A DNA stretch of 64,000 nt from NCBI GenBank assembly GCA_016748015.1, contig JAAOMT010000009.1, forward strand, positions 638,459-702,458, given 5' to 3'. Below the pieces are notes generated by a model, which worked only from the letters and a program-made list of their open reading frames with translations, was not told where the DNA came from and did no database searches. The translations under genes and the position numbers were made by a program. The first letter of the stretch is position 1, and every line of letters starts with the position of its first letter. The stretch comes from Geosiphon pyriformis uo1. Lineage: Eukaryota; Fungi; Glomeromycota. This document shows positions 55,328 to 64,000 of the stretch, in pieces.

Positions 55328-57552
55328 TGTTACTTATAGAAAAAGCATACAAAAAAATAGTAGGAAAAACAAATAGACCAATAAAAGAATAATAGCTAAC
55401 ATGTAAGCATATTGTTTAAAAAATTATAACATATTGCTCAGAAATGTGAACAATCTTATAAAACCCAAATTATGTATATATAACAAGAATATTAGAAGCA
55501 GAAAAAACAGAATTAATACCAAGATCACTCTATTAAGACATCTTAGTTAAAATTATCAATATTAATAAAATAATTATTCACTGTTTAAATCATTCTTTTC
55601 ACTATCAACACTTCATGTTGATAGTATTCAATATTTGATCACACTGGAACAATAGCTTTTGATTATGGTTATTAATAGGATACTAATATAAAATTGCCTT
55701 GGCTTAAATTTCTTCTTTATTTTTTTTTTTTTCTTTTTATTTTACTTTTGTTGTTGTATACTAATTGATTAAGGATTAAAGTGCTGAGTTACTGACATCA
55801 AGAATTGCTTGGTAAAAAACCTCTGTGAAAAGATAAATACTTGAATTTAAGGATTACTTATCAGAAGATTGCTGGCCACTAAGCCAAAAAAAAATTGATG
55901 GAATTGTAATTCTGGAAAGCTATAAATAAAAACAATACTTGAATTTCTGTTTATTATACAAAAAACTTAACCAAAATCTTTAAATTATGAAAACCTTCAG
56001 ATTCACCAAAATTTTCAGAATTACTAACCAAAATATTAATTGAGCACCAAATTACAGATTTGTTATTTGTTTCAAGATCCCAAATAATTACCTATAATAT
56101 TTGGTGCTTCCTATAAGATATAATCTTACAGAGAACCAGCACTAACAACAACTAGTCCAAAGTAACAGAATCAGAAAAAATAGGGACAAACCATTTAGGA
56201 TTTACCAAATTCTTATTTTAATATTACTGTTAACACTTAAGATTACTTAGCAATTATTTATCAGCAGAATCAGTCTTTAATTTCTATATTAACAAAAAAA
56301 AATTTTATTTCTTAGGAGCACCAGTAAATATTAAATCAGTAAGAAAAAATTTTTACAATGAATTAATTCAAAACACTAACCTATTAAGAAATTATAATTT
56401 CACATCCATCATCACTAAAATCAATTAAGAAATTAAAAACCACATTTAACAAAAATATTCAATAACTTATGCAAACAAAGACAAGAGAAAACTACAAACA
56501 CCAGCAGTAACATCTTAGAGAATACAACTACCAACTTGGAAAAAAACAAAAGTTAAATTACCAACCAATCCATCATACTACTATACACCTAAAAGTGCCA
56601 TTAATATTTCATCAATAGGCACATCTACATCAAATACAAAAACAATATCAGTTCAATTTCTATTTCAAAGTAAACAAAAAAAAGCAGAATTGAACAAACA
56701 ATATTAAAAAGAGAAGTTATAAACCTAATTCAAAATAAAGATTTCGACAGAGCTCAATATTAAAAGGAAGAGATAATGTTATTCATAGAAAAAGCATACA
56801 AAAAAATAATAAGAAAAACAAATAAACCAATAGGAAAATAGTAGCTAACATGTGAGCACATTACTTAGCAATGTGAGTATTGCTTAAGAAATTATAGCAC
56901 ATTGCTTAGGAATGTGAGTGATCTTATAGAATCCAAATTATGTATATATAGTAAAAGCATTAAAAGCAGAAAAAACAGAATCAATACCAAAATTATCTTA
57001 TTAAGACATCTTAGTTAGAATTATCAATATCAATAAAATAATTATTCACTATTTAAATCACTCTCTTCACTATTAACACTTTATGTTAATAGTATCCAAT
57101 ACTTAATTATACTAGAACAATAGCTTTTGATCACAGCTATTGACAAGATACTAACATAAAATTGTCTTAGCTTAAATTTCTTTTTTATTTTTCTTTTTTT
57201 TCTTTTATTTTTTTTTTGTTGTTGTATACTAATTGATTAAAAATTAAGCACTAAGTTACTGACATCAAGAATTGTCTAGTAAAAAACCTCTGCAAAAAGA
57301 TAGATACTTGAATTTAAGAATTACTGGCCACCAAGCTAAGAAAAAAATTGACAAAATTGTGATTCCAGGAAGCTATAAATAAAAACAATACTTGAATCTC
57401 TGTCCATTATACAAAGAATTCAACCAAAAATTTCAGATTATGGAAACCTTTAGATTCACCAAAACCTTCAGAATTACCAACCAAAATATTAATTAAATAC
57501 CAAGTTATGAATTTGTTATTTGTTTCAAGACCCTAAATAATTACTTGTAATA
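55328..57552 (+). mobile_element. Internally deleted LTR retrotransposon (two ~775-bp LTRs, ~680-bp interior)
   Basis: LTRs at 55328-56099 and 56777-57552. PBS TGGTGCTTCCTATAAG and PPT AAAAGGAAGAGATAA. The interior holds a Gag N-terminal relic AESVFNFYINKK, comparable to Gypsy-1 AESAFTYYINVR. Confidence 0.9.
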
Positions 57553-60433
57553 CTGCTTTCCAAGAATTACACTAAATTTTTTCAAAGAATATATTATATT
57601 AAAATATAATTTTTTATTTAAGATATTAAAAACAGGAGTATTAATTAAGCATAAAAATACCAAAGTAATAGAACAGATCAAAAAACATTACAGTTTAATA
57701 TAATTTTAACTAAATTTGTTAATTAAATTAACTTATAATTTAATAAAATACTACAAAATATTTAATAAATTCCAACTAGAAATTTGAAAATTTATAGACT
57801 TGTAACTAAACAGTCTGTCTAAAATATTAAATATATTTAAAAAAAAACCAAAGATATTATTTTGCTTTTAATCTGAATTTACTTAAACAATTTAAAACTA
57901 TATAACAATAAATAATACAGTATTTTATTTAAAAAATTCTTAGAGAAATTTATCTTATATTTCAAATTTTTCTATATTATTATATTTTATTTTCTATACA
58001 CACTTTTTGAAACAAAACTGAATTATAATCTATAATTAATTATTAGCTAAAACACAAAAAAAACCAAATAAAAAAACTGTTTATTAAAAATACTTTTTCT
58101 TAAAATTATGTTTACAAAAATTTTTACATCTGAATAAGTTTTAAATACATTAAATTTAAAGAGACTATTTGTAAACAAAAATTTTTTCAAGTAATAATGT
58201 TTCTCTTTTTTTTGCAATTGTAATTAGTAAATTATTAATAAATAAATTAGCTTCAAAAATATATTTGTTAATAAAAATGATTACAGTTTTATTATTATTA
58301 ATAAAAATATTATTGAACCTAAAAAATTCATTAACCAAGTTAAAAATATATTAAGTTATAGCATAACTGTTGTAAATTTAGATTGTATTATTTATAAATA
58401 TACTAGCTATTAAATATAATTTCAATTCAAATTAAGTACTAATATAATTTGTTTATAATACACATTTAAATTTAATACAATAATCAAAAAATTGTTCATA
58501 TTTTTTTACTTTATACAAAAAAAGATCATAAAAAATATGTTACAGCAAAAAAAAAACTTTACTTTGGTTTAAATTATTATAAATTTTATAGCTATTAGTT
58601 ATAATATAATTCAAATAGTTTATGTAAATATTTTTAAAAAATTTAATAAACTTAAGACATATTTTAATCTTTAATAAACTATTTTTTAAATATAACTATT
58701 CAACAAAGTTATAAACTTTATACATATCTTGTAAAATTAGTTATAACTTATAATTTTTTTTAATCTATTTTTTATAATTAAACCAATTGCAAAAATTGGT
58801 AATAAAGTTGATATGTTTTTTAAAACTGAAAAATTATTATTACAAAGAATGTTTAATTGGTTATAAACATTAAAAATGTAATCTAAAAATAATTTTAACA
58901 AAATTTTACAAGCTGTTTTAATTAAAGCTATAAGATAAGTATTTGTTAAAATCTTTTTTTAATTATATAATTTAGAAATTATTAAAAATTAAGTATATTT
59001 CTATTAAGCATACACCAATTTTAAAGCCAAATAAAAGTTTAATAGAACTAAAAAAATTCAAACCACTTATATTAATATGTTATTAAAATTTATTAAAAAT
59101 ACTAAAAAATCTAGTTATTTTATTAACAAAAAATGACTTTATTGTCAAAAAAAGCTTATCTATAGAAAATTTATTTATTATATCCAAAAAAATTATTATT
59201 AACAAAATTCAACAAAACATATTACTATTATTATAACTAAAAAATTTTATTAAAAACAATTCAATTTCTAATCTATTTTAATATAATAAAATCTACTAAA
59301 GACTTAATCTTATTAAGAACCAAAACAAGTTTTTTATCAATAATTAAATAATTTAAAACTACTTTGTAAAAAAAAATTTTAAAATATTACATATTATATT
59401 ATCTTTATTATTTATAAAAATTTTTATATGTTTATTTATTGCTAAATTAATTTATTCTAATTTAATTCTGTTAAATTTTTAAAACTTTTTGGTATAATAA
59501 AGTTTTTAAGTCTTGTAAAAAACTAAACCAAAAACATTAAAACTCAAATTAGTCTAAAATAATTCTAGCTGTATCAAAATTTTATTTTAATTATTTATAT
59601 ATAAATTTGATAAAGTTAATAAAGTTAATATCCAGAACTGAAAAAAAATACTTAAGTAATTTGAAAACCAGAAGTTTTAATTTTAGAAATCAAAATAAAT
59701 AAATATTTTTTGTGCACAAAATCTCATTAATTCAAATTTTAAAAAATATCTAATCTGTAACAAAACACACAATATTTTTAAAATAATCTTATATTGTATC
59801 TAAATTATCTGTTAATTTTGACTTTTTAAAATGATTTATTACTTTATCTAATTTTTGCAAAAAAGCTTTTTTAAATTTGGTTTTTTTAATATTATCAATA
59901 TTTTTAAAATTGTACTTTTGATAATTTTTATTGACATATCTTTTCAAATTAAAAAACATAATATTTAAAAGATTTTTTAATCTAATTAAAATGTATATAG
60001 CTTGATAATTAATTAAAAAAAACTCTTATATATTTAATATATTATAAAAAATTACTGTATTGTATAATAAAAATAAAACCAAAACAAAATTAATAGTTTT
60101 TTTAATTTTATAAGAATTTATTTTTAACAAAAAAACTATTTGCAAATGTGTTAACCAGATTAAAATTTAAATACTTTTTAAAATTGGCACTATATTTTGT
60201 ATTATTCTTATTAAAGTTGCTTTTTAAAATCATATAAGTGTTTTTAATAAATGTTTTGACAATAAAAAAGTTGATTTTTGGTGTTAAATCCAATTATTTT
60301 TCCAAAAATATATTTGTATACAATCCTAATATTGTAATTAATTGTTTGTTTTTAAACAACAAACAAATCATTAAAAGCCTGTCAAAAATCTCTAATATTT
60401 TGAAAACATATTTAATTAAATTTTTGTTTATAA

Positions 60434-61360
60434 TATTATCAGCCAGAATTTAAGATATTAATTAGTATAAAATTATTTCTATAATTTCTATTATTAATTA
60501 ATATATATTATTGTTTTAATTTATTACTTTTTATCTTATTAAATTATTCGAATTATTATTTAATTAATAATCTGATTTGTACAAAACACAAATATAACCA
60601 AATTGTAATAATCAGATTATGTAATACACTAAACTATATAACATTAAAAATTTATCAAAATATTTAATAATTTAATAAAATAATTAACAATTTACTAAAA
60701 TAATTCATAGTTTACAAAAATAATTTATTATTTTTAATTTACCAAAATATTAGAAAAAAAAGTGCTAGATTACAGAATAGTATTATGACAAGTTATATAA
60801 AAAAAAGTTTTCTTTTTAAAAAAATATATCTTAATTAAAATTACCTAAATTAAATTAGAAATATTTTTTTTACAAATTAATTCAAATAAAAATTTATATT
60901 AAAAAACATAAATTTTTTAATTATTATTACTTTAAAATTGATTAACTACTAATTTTAATAATAATTAGTAATTTCTAGACCTGAATTTGAAACAACTTCT
61001 TTAAAACATTTTTTTTTTTAATTTATATTTTTTTTTTTATATTATTGGATAGCTTATAGTTAAAACTTTTTATAAAAAAGTTGATTTTTACAGCAAAGTA
61101 ATTACACATATTTTTGAAAACTTATAAATAAAATTTTTTTGTAAAAGATTTAATTTTTACTACAAAGTAACTATACAAGTAATTAATACAGAATTGGCTA
61201 TTTTATTTTAAGCCCAATAGCATATATAATTCAAAATATAAAAAAATATTTTGAAAAAAAAATTAGCTTATTAAAGAAACTTCTATTAACAGCAAAATAG
61301 TATTAATAACATAAAAAAAAAGATAAAAAACCTTTAATAATATTTGGTGCTTTCTTAAAA
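60434..61360 (+). mobile_element. Eroded LTR of family X followed by a PBS
   Basis: Colinear with 32658-33635. It ends ...CCTTTAATAATA (61342) and is followed by TTTGGTGCTTTCT. Confidence 0.78.
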
Positions 61361-62029
61361 ATAATACAGCAACAACTACATTAAAGTAGTAACTGTATTT
61401 AACATAATAACTTTAGAATATTATTAGTTAATTTACACTTATTGTAAACAATAATTTGAAATTTAAGACAAAATTGTAGCTATTGTTACATAGATTTTTT
61501 TTTCTTTTAGTGATTATACTATAATTAATTTTTATAGTTTTTTAAATCAAGTAATGATATAGTAAATTATTTAATTTTAATGTAAAAATAAGTATATTAG
61601 TCTTAATTAGCATTATTTTTGATTTATGATAAATTACTATTTATTATATTATTACTATTTTCTTATTTAAAGATTTAAAAGTTAGCTTAATAAATTTTTT
61701 TAACTTCTTAGCAGATATTAAATAATTTTTTCAATGAATATTTTTGTTATTAGATTTGATATATAACATAATATTTCTATCAAAATTACTGTTAATAACT
61801 GTTGTTATATTAGTCCTTTAAGAAAAACTTCTGTTATATTTCTATACTTCTAATTGTGTTTTTTTTAAGACTTCTATGAAGATATTTTTTTTATTTTGTG
61901 CTAATATTAAACATTTGTATTTATTTATTTATGGTAAAGTAGTACTTTATTTCTAATAAATTTAAAAAAAATTAAAAATAAAAAGTAAAATTCAACAAAA
62001 ATTAGTATTTATAAAATTATTTTTATTTT

Positions 62030-64000
62030 TATTTTTTTTTATTTTTTAATGAATCAAATACTGTCTAGTACAATACATCAAATAATTGATCTAAACTAGG
62101 TATGAATCATGTATTTTTTACATATGACCAGCCACTTAAGCCAATCAGAACAACACTATACACCTATATAAACTAAGACTGAATTTCTAATACCTAAAGA
62201 AAACAAACAAGATTTATAAAAACCAAAACTAGCACCAAATGCCTCAGCAATACTAAGCAATTTAGTCATATCATCAAAGAACTTTGACAACAATCCAGAA
62301 ACTAAAACTGGAGCCGAATCATTACATAATATAAGCCTATTCTTTTCCATGAATACATGATGTCTAGCACAGACCAACCAAACCTTATTCTTAAAAGCAA
62401 AACAGAAGTCATGCACAAAATTTACAATTTTTTAACCCACAATCTTAGAAATCCCAAAGACAAATACAGCCTTCTGAATCCAATCATTAAAGACAAAGCC
62501 TTTACAAAAAGCTGTGCATATCACAATATTTAGAGCACAAAAGAACAACAACTGAAACATACATGAAAAAAAATAAAAAAGACCAGAGAGTGTATTCCAA
62601 GCAACTACATAAGCATTCAACAAATGACAACAAACAGAATTATCAACCATGCAAAAAAAAGCATGGTCTAAAATCTCAATATTACCATAATACAGATACA
62701 ATACACTGGAATAATATTTGTCATATAAGCACTTCTAAACAGCAATTAATAGCTAATAGTGCAAAGCTTTTATAAAGTATGTACAAACACCAGCAGTAGG
62801 CCCACTAGTAAAACCAGCAGCCATGTACAAATTGAAATGTCACACTAAAGATAAGCTAAACCAATCAATGTCTGAGAACAAACTATTATTCAAAACCCTA
62901 GAACCAGAACCAACTTTTTAATGTGCACAATAAACAGACTGAAAGATTTCACAAACAAAATATTTAGAATTACCAGAAACTACACTACCTTTAACCAAAA
63001 TATAATGTTCCTCCAATTGGGAGAGGGAAAAAAGGTACCAGGAAAAAAAAAGTGGTATCAGCAAGAGCATCAGCACATACATTACCCAAAACACCCAAAT
63101 GACCTTTTACTTTGTACCAGCTAATATCTAATTTTTTTTTTGAACAATATTCACAATATGTTGACACTTAACTCAACAATGATTCCTAAAATCTGAATAC
63201 ACTAAACCCAATTTTGATTTACACACATCCAAAGCAGCTTAACTGTTTATAAAAAGGTGAACCAAACTATAAGATGAAATACACTCAAGAGCCAACACTA
63301 TAACTTACAATTCTGTCAAAGTAAAAAACATCAAACTAGAAATCTTAACACCTAAACCCAAGTTAATGTCCTCAAAAAAAACCACTGCACCAGCTCTTAT
63401 GCTAGGTTTTTCCAAGTTTTTTAAAGATTCATCTGTATAGACAGAAAAATCACTAACATCAACATCTAACAAACAATTACAAATCATCTCAAATTTACAA
63501 AACTTAAGAACATCCAAAGGTCCAAGAACATTCAAAGAAGATATACATATGAGAGAAGAATTCACACCATTGAAAAAATTGATAGAAAGCTTAAACCAAT
63601 TAAAAATTAGACTACATAAGTCCAGTTTTTTTCAATGCTTAAAAGTCTTCTAATTAAAAATAGCTCTATTTTTGCCATAAAGCTGGTCCACAAAAGCAAT
63701 TTTATACCACCAAAGTAAAGAGAAAAACTTAAAAAATCTGGTTTTGCCAAGAATAGTTGACATGGGGGTTCCATTATGAAGACAGAAAGCATTGTTCATA
63801 TAACCACTTAAGAACAAATTGTACTTAAAAAAAATATAAACTACACCTGCCAAAAAATTATTAGAAGTACTGACCCTAATACAAGTTAGAAACACCAAAG
63901 AGTAAAGTGAACACCAAGACAGAACTTGCAAGTTATAAGACCTGTGTGAAAACAAACAACCCAAAATTCCAATAGAGTTTGCAAAACACATAATAGAAGC
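62030..64000 (-). mobile_element. Degenerate LINE 3' half (post-RT, RNase H, Cys/His, 3' module), runs off the window
   Basis: VYTDESLKNL..GAVVFF..LGVK..LTEL (RNase H) and LYYGNIEILDH. The 3' module at 62065-62160 is homologous to 10885-10980. Confidence 0.88.

Noticed and set aside
57553-60433. Long AT-rich tract with faint coding-like periodicity
   Set aside because: Probably eroded transposons, but I could not read a diagnostic motif or termini.

Overview
AT-rich, intron-containing eukaryotic (fungal) DNA. Gene content and TE style suggest Glomeromycotina/Mucoromycota, but this is inference. Two CpG-retaining gene islands are present. The first (5.8-9.1 kb) holds an AMSH/STAMBP JAMM deubiquitinase and a truncated pseudogene. 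The second (40.7-54.2 kb) holds a neurobeachin/NBEAL-like BEACH-WD40 gene, a 4-exon glutaredoxin-fold gene missed by the ORF track, an intronless bacterial-type class I RNase III, and a Pho8-like alkaline phosphatase. The islands sit among nested, C->T/G->A-eroded transposons: RNase H-bearing LINEs, a hAT element with 8-bp TSD, three Ty3/Gypsy-type elements and three copies of a fourth LTR family. The most unusual signal is the Gypsy architecture. In two families with unrelated LTRs, Gag-PR-RT-RNaseH ends after RNase H. The integrase is a separate ATG-initiated ORF in the -1 frame, overlapping a Pol-frame stop (ATGA / TAATG). One element also carries a non-env ORF3 after the integrase. The other element carries a Cys-rich domain, a dUTPase and a second degenerate dUTPase-like repeat. 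Three LTR families share a 20-nt motif just upstream of the PPT.
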